A stretch of DNA of 64,000 nt. Source: Candidatus Dojkabacteria bacterium. Its GTDB lineage: Bacteria > Patescibacteriota > Dojkabacteria > SC72. Positions 1 through 9,546 of the stretch are shown piece after piece (position 1 is the first letter of the stretch; each line of letters starts with the position of its first letter). Location of the stretch: the NCBI GenBank assembly GCA_012513575.1, contig JAAZBX010000004.1, positions 11,481-75,480 of the forward strand, in the 5' to 3' direction. A model generated the notes under the pieces. The model was given only the letters and a program-made list of their open reading frames with translations, searched no databases and was not told the DNA's origin. Both the position numbers and the translations under genes were made by a program.

Positions 1-495
1 ATGGAATTCTGCGGCTTTATTCCCATCAACATACTTTGCTACACAGTGCATTGCAATTGCAGCATTGTATGAGATACCAGAATCTGAAAGAGGAAAACTC
101 TTAAACACATATATGATCTCACCTGTATCAACAAATTTACTCTTTAATTCAGGATACACCTCTGTTGCATGCCTCTTACAATATCCACAACCGAAATCAC
201 TATATTCAACAATTGCAATCTTTGTTTTATCCTTATTTCCTAAATATGGAGCATCCCCTAAGGAAACTGTAGCATCTCCTGCAGAAAGTCCTGAATCATC
301 TGATTCGGCAACTGTAGGATTTGCGGAATCCGTATTAGTATCCTTATTTTTATTGCTTGTGATAAAGATTGCTGCTGCGATGACCACACCTGCAATAATT
401 ATTGAAATTGGAATAATAAGGGAATCGAGGTTGATTTCAACAACATCTGACTTTGTTTTCCCTTTCACTTCCTTTATATTCTTAGCTTTCGCCAT
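1..495 (-). CDS. DsbA-family thioredoxin-fold protein with N-terminal membrane anchor (runs off window start)
   Basis: Not in ORF track. Manual translation from ATG at 495: MAKAKNIKEV..TM..LGNKDKTKIAIVEYSDFGCGYCKRH..YVFKSFPL, with CxxC in DsbA context. Confidence 0.85.
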   Translation of the reverse strand, partial: MAKAKNIKEVKGKTKSDVVEINLDSLIIPISIIIAGVVIAAAIFITSNKNKDTNTDSANPTVAESDDSGLSAGDATVSLGDAPYLGNKDKTKIAIVEYSDFGCGYCKRHATEVYPELKSKFVDTGEIIYVFKSFPLSDSGISYNAAIAMHCVAKYVDGNKAAEFH

Positions 496-567
496 AACAA
501 TTAAATAAAAAATTAAATATTTTATGAGCAATCTGCTATTATATCCTATATCTAGAATTTTAGTAAA

Positions 568-1413
568 ATGGAATATACACTAAAACAAACAACAAACAGA
601 AAATCCCCTAAGAGCAAGCTCTTCCTGGTATTTCTATTCATTCCTCTTGCATTCATTCTGTTACAATATCTATATCCAAAAATATTTCAAGAAAATACAG
701 AATCTACAGAGGAACAGATAGATACTTCTACGGAAGAAATAATCCCAGAACCACCAAAAGAGGAGCCTATTGAAGTAAAAGAAATCTTCCAAGATATTGA
801 TGGACAATTGTCATATATCGCCATCGATACAAGATATGAGACAAAGACCAATTTGCCAATTGTCATATACAGTCACGGATCAACTTACTCAGTAACCTCA
901 AATCCTGACAATCAACTCCTTAAGGACTTAAAACTGTATGGAAATGCTTTTGTAAAAAAAGGATATATATTTGCAGCTTCCAATCAACATGGCGATAACT
1001 GGGGCAACAGCTATGCGATAGAAGATACTAGAAAATTAATTGAATATATTCAAAGTAACTTCACATCATCAAAAGAGATTTATTTGGTAGGTTTTAGCAT
1101 GGGAGGGTTACCAACATTGAATTTCGCAGCTAAATATCCTCAAAATATTGTCAAAATTGCTCTTCTTGCTCCAACTTCATATGCTACTTCATGGAATTCA
1201 GAACGTGTTAGTGCAATAAGAAATATTCCCATAAAGATTTGGCATGGGAACAAAGATGTAAATGTGCCTTACTCTATGACAACTTCCCTTATTGCTAGAC
1301 TCAAAGCATATGATAAAGAGGTTGTTTTGGAAACAATCGACGGAGTTGGACACTGGGATGTAGATACTGAGAGAATTGATGATGTCCTTACATATTTTCA
1401 AACTACAGAATAA
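568..1413 (+). CDS. Membrane-anchored alpha/beta hydrolase (esterase/peptidase-like)
   Basis: N-terminal TM, GFSMGG nucleophile elbow, HGNKD and GVGH triad motifs. Confidence 0.85.
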   Translation: MEYTLKQTTNRKSPKSKLFLVFLFIPLAFILLQYLYPKIFQENTESTEEQIDTSTEEIIPEPPKEEPIEVKEIFQDIDGQLSYIAIDTRYETKTNLPIVIYSHGSTYSVTSNPDNQLLKDLKLYGNAFVKKGYIFAASNQHGDNWGNSYAIEDTRKLIEYIQSNFTSSKEIYLVGFSMGGLPTLNFAAKYPQNIVKIALLAPTSYATSWNSERVSAIRNIPIKIWHGNKDVNVPYSMTTSLIARLKAYDKEVVLETIDGVGHWDVDTERIDDVLTYFQTTE

Positions 1414-1417
1414 AAGA

Positions 1418-1624
1418 TTACCCCTCTGTAACTATTGCAGTCGCAGGACATGCTAATTGGGCTTGTTTTATCTTCTCTACTAAAATAGGGTCTTGGATAT
1501 CAACACCCTTGTACTGATCCTTAACATCAACAGAACCATCATCCTTCATTTCAAATACTTCAGGACAAATTGCTACACATGAACCACACATTATGCATTT
1601 TGTTTTATCAATTGAGACTTTCAT
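1418..1624 (-). CDS. Ferredoxin (single Fe-S cluster)
   Basis: CIMCGSCVAICP...CPATAI. Confidence 0.9.
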   Translation of the reverse strand: MKVSIDKTKCIMCGSCVAICPEVFEMKDDGSVDVKDQYKGVDIQDPILVEKIKQAQLACPATAIVTEG

Positions 1625-1670
1625 TAATTCTGTTTCTTAATTTATATACAGAAAGAATACATCGTAACAA

Positions 1671-3935
1671 TTATTTTTTCAAACCAAACTTCTCAAACAA
1701 ATTCTTTTCATCAACAGAGGGAATCCTCACACCCTGCCCCTTGTATACGGGCAATGTGAAAGAGAATGTCGTACCTTTTCCGACTTGGCTATGCACCCAA
1801 ATCTTTCCCCCCATCATCTCTATCAAAGCATACACAACATACAATCCCAAGCCAGTACCTCCTGGTCTTACAATATTGAAATTACTCTCCCCAGTAATAT
1901 AGTTTTCTATCCTGTGAAATTTTGTTCCTAACCTTGGAATCTCTTTTTCTGGAATACCCTTACCACTATCAATTATACTTACTTTAACATAGTCATCAGT
2001 ATCTTCAGCCTTCATAATAATAGAACCTTCATCTGTATATTTAATAGCATTACTAAGAAGATTATCAATTATTTCTACCACTCTCACCTTATCAGCATAC
2101 ACATCCTTCATATCATCTTCTAAATCAACCATAACTCTTAAACCTTTCTGCTTAATCTGGTACTCATATCCGTGCAAAACAGTTTCTATCTGCTCTGGAA
2201 GAGATAGCCTCTCTCTATTCAATTCGATTTTCTTTCCTTCAAGTTTTGCACTTGAGAGGAGAGTATCAATTAATCTAATTTCATTCTCAATACTATTCTT
2301 TATTCTATCAAGATACTTCTGGTAGCTTTTAGGATTGTTGTCGACAAATTTCCCCAGCAAATCAGTATTCAACTTTACAATTGTTGCAGGTGTCCTAAGT
2401 TCATGACCCATAATATCTAACATATCTCTTTCCTTTCTTCTTGCATCTTCCAATTCTTCTACGTTTCTTTGAAGCTCTTTTGTTTTTTCACTTACATCCT
2501 TCTGCAAGTTAATGTTGAAATTCTGCACCTGTTGATAAAGAGTCGCTCTTGCTAAAGATGCCCCTGTGATAGAGGCAAGAGATTGAAGGAATGCGATTTC
2601 CTGCTCAATATACATAGTACTATTCAAATCCCTTTTGCCAAGTATTAAAATAGCGATTAGCTCTTTTTCATAATGGACAGGAACAAGAAGATGTAAATCG
2701 CTTCTTTCAAGAAGAGTAATTAATTCTCCGTATGCAACTTTGTAAGATTCATCATCTACATTAAATGCGCCAATTAACTCTCCCAAGGAAATACTCTTTT
2801 TTTTTGCAAAGAGTGGAGAGTTTACTATTTCAAAAATTCGTTTATTATCAAACACTTTATTCCCTGTATACTGCTTATTTATTACAGCTGAATCTCGCTT
2901 AACAATAATGGAGAAATATATTGGATCAATTGTTTCTTTAACAATCCCATGCAACTCCTTGAGTACACTATCCTCTGTCACAATATTTCCCAGAGAGTAA
3001 GTAAATCTATCAAGAAATTTGCTTGCATCATACCCTAAATTAATAATTCTTGTGGAAATTTTCTCCTGAAAAAATTCTCTGTACTTATCATAAAGCAAAG
3101 CAAACAAAATTGAGATAACTATACCAAAAATTAATGCCTCCCACCCAAGTCTCTCTCCGAATATTTCTAAATGAATATTCAAAAAAATCCTAAAGGTTAT
3201 ATACAGTAGTGAAGCACTAGTTATGACATAAAGGACTTTCCCAGCAAGCAATCTGATGTTAAAAAGTTGATACTTTACAATTGCAATAAATATTAGTCCT
3301 AGAAAAATAATTGAGAATTGAGGGCCTATCCAAATTAATTTGTAATTTCCTAGAATAGGAAGGATTAGATTAAAAGTCCCTCCTAAAAATCCTGTTAGTA
3401 AAAAACCTGTAAAAATAAGAGTTAATTGATTTTTCAAAATCCCGTTTGACTTGATTAAGGCCTTGAGATTAATCATTAATGCAATTAAGTAATATACTGC
3501 GAAGACAACACCATATGTAATATGTCCAACTCTGTTTAGTAGAGCTACATTCCCTGACTTTTCTAAAAGAACATCCTTGATAATGAGGGAATCCGAGAAA
3601 ACCACAGCAAGGGAGACAAGAAATACTGGGATTTGAAGAAGCATAACTGTTTGGAAGTCGATTTTCTTTTTCTGTGTTAGAGACATTTCAAACAGAAGAA
3701 TGAAATATGCAATATATATTGAGGCTACATAGTGAAATCTAGACCAGTAAAGGGCTGTCTGAACATCATTGCTACTTAAAAAACCTGCTAATCCAACACC
3801 CCATAAACCCAAAAAAATTATGCTCAAGGCTAAGAAACGAACAGCTTGGGATTTTCTTGAAGGTATAAGAACATAGAAACCAAAAATGATATTTACTAAA
3901 CCTATTACAATTAAAGCGTATGCATAGTTATTCAT
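1671..3935 (-). CDS. Sensor histidine kinase, N-terminal multi-TM (7TM-type) domain, GAF-like domain, HisKA/HATPase
   Basis: Many TM helices; GAF-like LLVPV..LILG..EIAFL; H-box GHELRTP, N-box NLLSNAIKY, DSGKGI, GGTGLGL. Confidence 0.92.
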   Translation of the reverse strand: MNNYAYALIVIGLVNIIFGFYVLIPSRKSQAVRFLALSIIFLGLWGVGLAGFLSSNDVQTALYWSRFHYVASIYIAYFILLFEMSLTQKKKIDFQTVMLLQIPVFLVSLAVVFSDSLIIKDVLLEKSGNVALLNRVGHITYGVVFAVYYLIALMINLKALIKSNGILKNQLTLIFTGFLLTGFLGGTFNLILPILGNYKLIWIGPQFSIIFLGLIFIAIVKYQLFNIRLLAGKVLYVITSASLLYITFRIFLNIHLEIFGERLGWEALIFGIVISILFALLYDKYREFFQEKISTRIINLGYDASKFLDRFTYSLGNIVTEDSVLKELHGIVKETIDPIYFSIIVKRDSAVINKQYTGNKVFDNKRIFEIVNSPLFAKKKSISLGELIGAFNVDDESYKVAYGELITLLERSDLHLLVPVHYEKELIAILILGKRDLNSTMYIEQEIAFLQSLASITGASLARATLYQQVQNFNINLQKDVSEKTKELQRNVEELEDARRKERDMLDIMGHELRTPATIVKLNTDLLGKFVDNNPKSYQKYLDRIKNSIENEIRLIDTLLSSAKLEGKKIELNRERLSLPEQIETVLHGYEYQIKQKGLRVMVDLEDDMKDVYADKVRVVEIIDNLLSNAIKYTDEGSIIMKAEDTDDYVKVSIIDSGKGIPEKEIPRLGTKFHRIENYITGESNFNIVRPGGTGLGLYVVYALIEMMGGKIWVHSQVGKGTTFSFTLPVYKGQGVRIPSVDEKNLFEKFGLKK

Positions 3936-3950
3936 TTCTTTTTCTATTAT

Positions 3951-4967
3951 CTATTTTCTTAATACAAAAGTCGCATAGGTACTGTTTGGAGTACGAACAA
4001 CCAGTTCAATTTTATCAAAAAACAGTTTTACAAAAGGAATCATTTCCTCCAAACTTGTAGAAGTAAGCTTTTTAAATTTCATGGCATCAAAAATGTCCTG
4101 TTGGGGGTTATCAATCAGGACAGTCAGAATAAAGACATCTTTGGGTCCTAGCCCTTCAGATACGTTTTTCAAAAGTACTTCTCTTTGGGAATTATCAAGA
4201 TATTCCCAAAACCCTGTACACTCTACTATTTCAATATCCTTATTATCAGTAAAAACGTCTATTCCATTTGCCAGCACATCTCTCTGAACAGATTTTAATG
4301 ACAAACCAATATTTATTCTATTATTAATATTTCTAAGTGTCTTTTCAGCTTTGTCGTTTGCTTTCTCAGATCTATCTACATTGGTAATTATCATTCCCTC
4401 TTTCCCTGACTGATAAATACCTTCAATGGGAAGAAGGCAGCTTCCTCCAGCTATGGAAAAAATACTATTTGTGTCCGTTTCTAAAATCTTTTTCGCAATT
4501 AAGTCAGAGACTATAACCCTCCTTTGCAGTGAACCAACAGCAATATCAAGATTATCCAATACTGTATCAACTCTCTCGCCAACACCCACTCGATAAATGA
4601 CATCCATAGTTCCATGGGACAAACCAGTCGCTATACCATTCATTATCAAATCCAAAAGAGCCCTATCTGTCCCAGCTAAAAGAAGAAGTTTCCCAAGGCG
4701 AATCGCTTTCGGATCCTCTTTTTTTATTTTTCTCAATCCATACAGATACTTGGGATTGGGATTCAATGGAAATTCAACTGCATATGATGTAAATATTTTC
4801 TCCCCGGATGTTTCATCAACTTGAATATACTTCAAATTCCTAGGACTAAGCTGAGGCTCGTGTAATTCTCGAGAATCATTTACTGACACTTCAGTCTCTG
4901 AGGAAGAATCAAATGGGTCCTGAGAAATGTATTCATTCTCACCCATATGGATATTCTCTGTTTCCAT
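3951..4967 (-). CDS. Class I SAM-dependent methyltransferase (PhcB/Methyltransf_20-like)
   Basis: Motif I-like SIAGGS, acidic NVD after strand 2, ECTGFWEYL, MDVIYR and DNPQ elements. Confidence 0.65.
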   Translation of the reverse strand: METENIHMGENEYISQDPFDSSSETEVSVNDSRELHEPQLSPRNLKYIQVDETSGEKIFTSYAVEFPLNPNPKYLYGLRKIKKEDPKAIRLGKLLLLAGTDRALLDLIMNGIATGLSHGTMDVIYRVGVGERVDTVLDNLDIAVGSLQRRVIVSDLIAKKILETDTNSIFSIAGGSCLLPIEGIYQSGKEGMIITNVDRSEKANDKAEKTLRNINNRINIGLSLKSVQRDVLANGIDVFTDNKDIEIVECTGFWEYLDNSQREVLLKNVSEGLGPKDVFILTVLIDNPQQDIFDAMKFKKLTSTSLEEMIPFVKLFFDKIELVVRTPNSTYATFVLRK

Positions 4968-4983
4968 ATTATTATATACAAAT

Positions 4984-5706
4984 TTAATTATTTATCTTTG
5001 CGGTAACCTGTTTTAGGTAAATTGCAATTCTTTGAATAAAGTGACTGATAGCAACAAACCCCATCACCAAAGACAACTCCACATGCCAATAAAGGAATTC
5101 AAAATTAATACTGTATAGACTTGGTTTCTGTATCCGAATTAGCATAAATACTCCAAATCCGAATGAGGGGATTAACAGAGTTAAAATAAGAACTGTGTTC
5201 CAAAAAGCATTAAACTTCATAAGCAAAAGCCCTTTGTTTTTCTGCTTCTTGATAACAAAGTAGGTACACCAATAAAGAGAGCAAGAAATGATAAACGGAA
5301 TTATCATATTGTATTCCTTTGATTCTTTAACAATATCTTCTGCTCCTTCACTTTCGCTACTCACTTCTTCAGTAATTTGAGGTTCTACGGATATTTTTTC
5401 TTGCTCAAAATCCCCTATTTTATACTGCTCAAGCAAAGAATACGAAGAGGGCCTATGATCTCTCCCAGAGCCATCTTTGGTTACAAAATCCTCTGTCATA
5501 TCTTTACCACACCACTCCCTGATGTCCAAAAATCTATCATGATTTGGGAGATATTTGGTTAAATCATAAACACTCTGCTCAAATACAACCCAACAATCAT
5601 TAGAAGTATTGTGAACTTTAACATCATCGAGTGTATAAGCATAAACTTTGTTTAAAAAAAGAAATAATGAGAGAAAAAATAAGAGAATGGGCAGAATTTT
5701 TTTCAT
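4984..5706 (-). CDS. Cytochrome b5-like heme-binding domain fused to 3-TM His-containing membrane domain
   Basis: Signal peptide; YTLDDVKVHNTSNDCWVV..VYDLTKYLPNH..GKDMT..H; last helix YWHVE..SH. Confidence 0.8.
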   Translation of the reverse strand: MKKILPILLFFLSLFLFLNKVYAYTLDDVKVHNTSNDCWVVFEQSVYDLTKYLPNHDRFLDIREWCGKDMTEDFVTKDGSGRDHRPSSYSLLEQYKIGDFEQEKISVEPQITEEVSSESEGAEDIVKESKEYNMIIPFIISCSLYWCTYFVIKKQKNKGLLLMKFNAFWNTVLILTLLIPSFGFGVFMLIRIQKPSLYSINFEFLYWHVELSLVMGFVAISHFIQRIAIYLKQVTAKINN

Positions 5707-5782
5707 ATCAACAAAAAAAGTAATAATAATATAGAATATAATCTCATATTTTCAATGAGGTTTGCAAGAAAGATTTGGGAAA

Positions 5783-5872
5783 TTAACCTTTAATAAATAA
5801 AATCACTAAAGGAATTAAAAATAGCAATGAGTAGGCAATGAGGTACTTATTACTTTTGTTATTACTATCCAT
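5783..5872 (-). CDS. Putative 29-aa single-TM small protein
   Basis: MDSNNKSNKYLIAYSLLFLIPLVILFIKG*, with TATAAT 7 nt before the ATG. Confidence 0.45.
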   Translation of the reverse strand: MDSNNKSNKYLIAYSLLFLIPLVILFIKG

Positions 5873-5955
5873 TAAGTTGATTATAGTATTAGGTAAGCGG
5901 ATTCATTTTTATACATTTTACTTCCTTTGTCAAATATTTTCTCTCCAATTAATTA

Positions 5956-6942
5956 CTACTTCCCTACATAGACATTCCCAATATGTTCTGGCACTTGTAA
6001 AAAATTGTTTGCAGAGAATACTCCTGATTCCAAAGAATAGTCTGTATAACCCATATTCAAGACATCTTTTCCTAGTAATTTCTCAATGGAATACGAGACT
6101 CGGTTCCACCAAATTCCATCATCGCTCCATTGGCCAAAGGAAGATATATCAGTTCCACTTTTAAAGATTTTTAAACAGTCGGCCAAATCATAACTTGGTA
6201 CATATCTCATTAGTGCCCAAACTCCAATTTCTATACTTTTCTTGTCATCATTCAACAAATCCTCACTAGTATAGTTTTTACTGTTTAACAAATTAAAATC
6301 ATTTAAATGCCAATACGGAATAACCTGAAACCATCCCTTAGCACTCATATTGGGATCTCCTCCGACATTTGAATCAAGAAATATACCACCATTACTTTCA
6401 GTCATAGATACTGATGTGAAGACAGCAAGAAGTAATTCTTTTGAGTATTGAGGATACATACTCGAATACTTTTCAGCTTCCTCGATTAAGTACTGTTTCC
6501 CATCTTCTAATCTTGTATGTGGCCAGTATTTTGTTGCCCTCTCAAATATTTCTTCTAAGGATGACTCTTTCTGTTCCGTTTGAGATAAACTTTTTGTATC
6601 CATTCTATTTACCTCTTCAACATTAGGGTCATTTCTTGAAAATGGATCCTCTAAATTTGCACCTATCTTGGTACAAGCAGAAGTAAAAAACATAGAAGTT
6701 GCTACTGCGATAAGGGCCAATCTTTTTCTTTTAAGTATCAACCTGTCTGGAATTTCTAATTTTTCTTTAATTTGTTCCACAATACTCTTTGGCTTCTCTG
6801 TTTCATCAGCAATATTCTTTGTAACAGAAGTTGGGAAATCATTTAGCTCAATTTCTCCCTCAGTTTCAAACTCCTTTTCTGGAACTATTGTCTCTTGATT
6901 TTGTTTTTTTTCATCCACCTGATTTTCAATTGTTTCCTCCAT
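5956..6942 (-). CDS. Lytic transglycosylase (SLT/lysozyme-like) domain protein with acidic N-terminus
   Basis: MTESNG catalytic Glu and AKGWFQV motif; hydrophobic segment ending TSAC. Confidence 0.7.
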   Translation of the reverse strand: MEETIENQVDEKKQNQETIVPEKEFETEGEIELNDFPTSVTKNIADETEKPKSIVEQIKEKLEIPDRLILKRKRLALIAVATSMFFTSACTKIGANLEDPFSRNDPNVEEVNRMDTKSLSQTEQKESSLEEIFERATKYWPHTRLEDGKQYLIEEAEKYSSMYPQYSKELLLAVFTSVSMTESNGGIFLDSNVGGDPNMSAKGWFQVIPYWHLNDFNLLNSKNYTSEDLLNDDKKSIEIGVWALMRYVPSYDLADCLKIFKSGTDISSFGQWSDDGIWWNRVSYSIEKLLGKDVLNMGYTDYSLESGVFSANNFLQVPEHIGNVYVGK

Positions 6943-6987
6943 GAAAACAGTTTACATAGTAATCTACAAAAATGGAAGAATACACTC

Positions 6988-7016
6988 TTGACATTAAGCA
7001 CTCCCCATGCTAGACT
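6988..7016 (+). promoter_or_regulatory. Sigma70 promoter of hsp20
   Basis: TTGACA-N17-TAGACT. Confidence 0.75.
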
Positions 7017-7021
7017 GCTAA
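6995..7021. promoter_or_regulatory. CIRCE element (HrcA operator)
   Basis: TAAGCACTC-N9-GACTGCTAA versus consensus TTAGCACTC-N9-GAGTGCTAA, one mismatch per arm, upstream of a heat-shock gene. Confidence 0.85.
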
Positions 7022-7109
7022 TAGATAGATGATTAAGGAATTGAGGTTTCTTAACATTTACCTCTAATTCCCCAATATTTATCATATTTAAATTTATCTA
7101 TTTAAACAT

Positions 7110-7574
7110 ATGAAAATTACAAAAAGGGAAGAAAACAATCCACAGATTTCAACTTCACTTTACACACCAGTAAGAAGCATTTTTGATGACTTCTTTAGAA
7201 TGCCATCATTAGTTGACGATGTGTTCAATCGAACAGCAATGCCTTCATACTCAAATCTTTCTGCTGATATTTGGGAAGAGGATCAGAACTATTTCGTAAA
7301 AATGGCTTTACCTGGGGTATCGAAAGATGAAATTAACATTGAGATAGATCAGGATGTAATTAGGATCTCAGGTTCAAAAAAGTTAGAGGAGAAAGATGAG
7401 GGAAAGCGAAAATATTACTTTAGAAGTTTAGATACTAGATTTGAGCAATCTTTCAATCTTCCAACAGTCGTTAATGCAGAAAAAGCAGAGGCAAGTTTTA
7501 AAGATGGTGTACTAGAAGTAAAGCTACCAAAAGCAGAACAGTACAAACCTAAAAAAATCGAGATCTCAAGTTAA
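7110..7574 (+). CDS. Hsp20/alpha-crystallin small heat-shock protein
   Basis: LPGV..I.I, F..SFNLP, AEASFKDGVLEVKLPK. Confidence 0.95.
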   Translation: MKITKREENNPQISTSLYTPVRSIFDDFFRMPSLVDDVFNRTAMPSYSNLSADIWEEDQNYFVKMALPGVSKDEINIEIDQDVIRISGSKKLEEKDEGKRKYYFRSLDTRFEQSFNLPTVVNAEKAEASFKDGVLEVKLPKAEQYKPKKIEISS

Positions 7575-7578
7575 ATTC

Positions 7579-7606
7579 AGAAGCGGGTATAACCCGCTTC
7601 TTTTTT
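7579..7606 (+). terminator. Rho-independent terminator
   Basis: AGAAGCGGGT-ATA-ACCCGCTTCT followed by a T-run. Confidence 0.9.
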
Positions 7607-8045
7607 AAATCCTAACCTTCTCCCACTTCTCTACTGGTCCTTGAACCATTTCAAAAACCGAATTCAACTTAATTTCCTTCTCACTCTTTATTTGCTCATA
7701 TTTATCCCGTTCTCTTTCCTTTAATTTGTTAAGCAGATGCAACCATTCATACTCGACTTGCCCTGAAGTAACATTGATTGGTATAGCTACTAAATTTAAG
7801 TCTATTGTAAACTTTGATTTGTCAAAGACATACCCTCTAACAAGAGATTCATTGTAAATATTTGATAGGTAAAGGTTAATGTAATTGATTGGCTCTTCAC
7901 TATTTCTAAATCTAGTTAGTTGAGGATGATTTACATACCCCTTTGTTTTTCCTAACAGAACATTTTTAGCAAGTAGTGCTTCCCTCCAAACAGCTACCAA
8001 CCCTTTTGAGTCTAAATATTTAGGATGTAAAGACCAAAGTCTCAT
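7605..8045 (-). CDS. Pyrimidine-dimer DNA glycosylase / T4 endonuclease V-like family protein
   Basis: MRLWSLHPKYLD.KGLVA.WREALLA..GY.NHPQL.RF. Confidence 0.88.
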   Translation of the reverse strand: MRLWSLHPKYLDSKGLVAVWREALLAKNVLLGKTKGYVNHPQLTRFRNSEEPINYINLYLSNIYNESLVRGYVFDKSKFTIDLNLVAIPINVTSGQVEYEWLHLLNKLKERERDKYEQIKSEKEIKLNSVFEMVQGPVEKWEKVRI

Positions 8046-8128
8046 TTAGATTTTTGTGATTTTATTAATTTGTATTCTATCATAAGGACGCAGATTGATT
8101 GGAAGAAAAAGATATTGTATTATTCAGT

Positions 8129-9535
8129 ATGGTATTTCCTTCTACACAATTTGCACTTTTTTTTGTGTTGATTTTCATACCTGCGATTAGATTAAAATAT
8201 CAGCCAAAAGCATATGTCTGGTACATTCTCCTAATCAACATTATTTTCTACTCCCTATTTGGGCTAAAATTCCTATTAATACTGATCATTGATATTTTAG
8301 TAAATTACTTTATCATTCTCCTTCAGTCAAAATATCAAAAAAACAAAGCGGTATTAATAGTTGGTCTGATTCTTAACATAGTATTACTTGGTTTCTTTAA
8401 ATATTTTGTTTTTACTACAAATATCCTACTTCAAGCAGAGATTTTAAAAGCAACTACTTTTATTCCAACAATCCTTATACCGGTAGGAATCTCTTTCTAT
8501 ACATTTAAAGTGATTGCTCATCTGATGGATACATATAGAGGGGAATTACTTAAACCAAAATTCTCCGCATATGCATCCTATATTTCATTCTTTCCACAGA
8601 TTACTTCTGGACCAATAGCCCGTGCAAAGGAATTCTATGAAGATTTGGAAGCACCCAGAAACAACTATTTTAACCTTGGAGAGACTACAACTTTAGTACT
8701 TGGAGGACTATTCAAAAAATTAGTCTTAGCTAGCTTCATTTTTAACTTTATCGGAGGACCCTTTGCCAACCCACTTAATTACTCCTCTTTGGATTTAATC
8801 ATTGCGGCTTTTGCTTACTCAACTATGCTATATGCAGACTTTTCAGGTTACAGCGACATGTCTAATGGAATATCCAATTTATTAGGATTTAGAGCTCCTC
8901 TAAACTTTAACTCTCCTTACAAAGCTATGGGATTTAAAGATTTCTGGAATAGATGGCATATTAGCCTATCCTCATGGTTTAGGGATTATCTTTACATCCC
9001 CCTTGGAGGAAACAGAAAGGGGAAATTAAGAAAATATATCAATATCTTTATTACCATGTTTGTAAGTGGTTTGTGGCATGGTGCCGGACTAAACTACATT
9101 GTATGGGGAACAATCCATGCTGTAGGTTCAGTTCTTTCTCATATATTTGGAGAAACAGAGTATTTAAAGAATTTCAGAGACAAGGGAATATTCAACAAGT
9201 TCTTAAAGTTTGCTGCACAGATTCTTACATTTTTTATAATTACAATTGCATGGATTTATTTCAATTCAAGAAACCTTTCAACTGCAAATCAGTTTGTTTT
9301 GGGGATGTTTAGTTCAGATATAACTCAAAATACTCTGATAAATTGGAGATTGATTGGGACGGTAATATTTATCTTTGGTTTAAACTACTTCGGTGAATAT
9401 ATTAAATATTTTGTCACAAAAATTATTAACCACCTAAATCTAGTATTTGCGGTATTAATAATCTCTGCACTTGCTTACATCATTATCAGGCTCGGCCCAG
9501 ATTTGATGCCACCTTTTGTATATTTTAATTTCTAA
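8129..9535 (+). CDS. MBOAT O-acyltransferase (AlgI/PatA-like)
   Basis: MVFPS start, PVGISFYTF, FFPQITSGPI, YADFSGYSD, FWNRWHISLS, GLWHGA. Confidence 0.93.
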   Translation: MVFPSTQFALFFVLIFIPAIRLKYQPKAYVWYILLINIIFYSLFGLKFLLILIIDILVNYFIILLQSKYQKNKAVLIVGLILNIVLLGFFKYFVFTTNILLQAEILKATTFIPTILIPVGISFYTFKVIAHLMDTYRGELLKPKFSAYASYISFFPQITSGPIARAKEFYEDLEAPRNNYFNLGETTTLVLGGLFKKLVLASFIFNFIGGPFANPLNYSSLDLIIAAFAYSTMLYADFSGYSDMSNGISNLLGFRAPLNFNSPYKAMGFKDFWNRWHISLSSWFRDYLYIPLGGNRKGKLRKYINIFITMFVSGLWHGAGLNYIVWGTIHAVGSVLSHIFGETEYLKNFRDKGIFNKFLKFAAQILTFFIITIAWIYFNSRNLSTANQFVLGMFSSDITQNTLINWRLIGTVIFIFGLNYFGEYIKYFVTKIINHLNLVFAVLIISALAYIIIRLGPDLMPPFVYFNF

Positions 9536-9546
9536 CTATTACAAAT

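Noticed and set aside
65-508. 147-aa plus-strand ORF in the track
   Set aside because: Antisense shadow of the minus-strand DsbA gene, which has the CGYC motif
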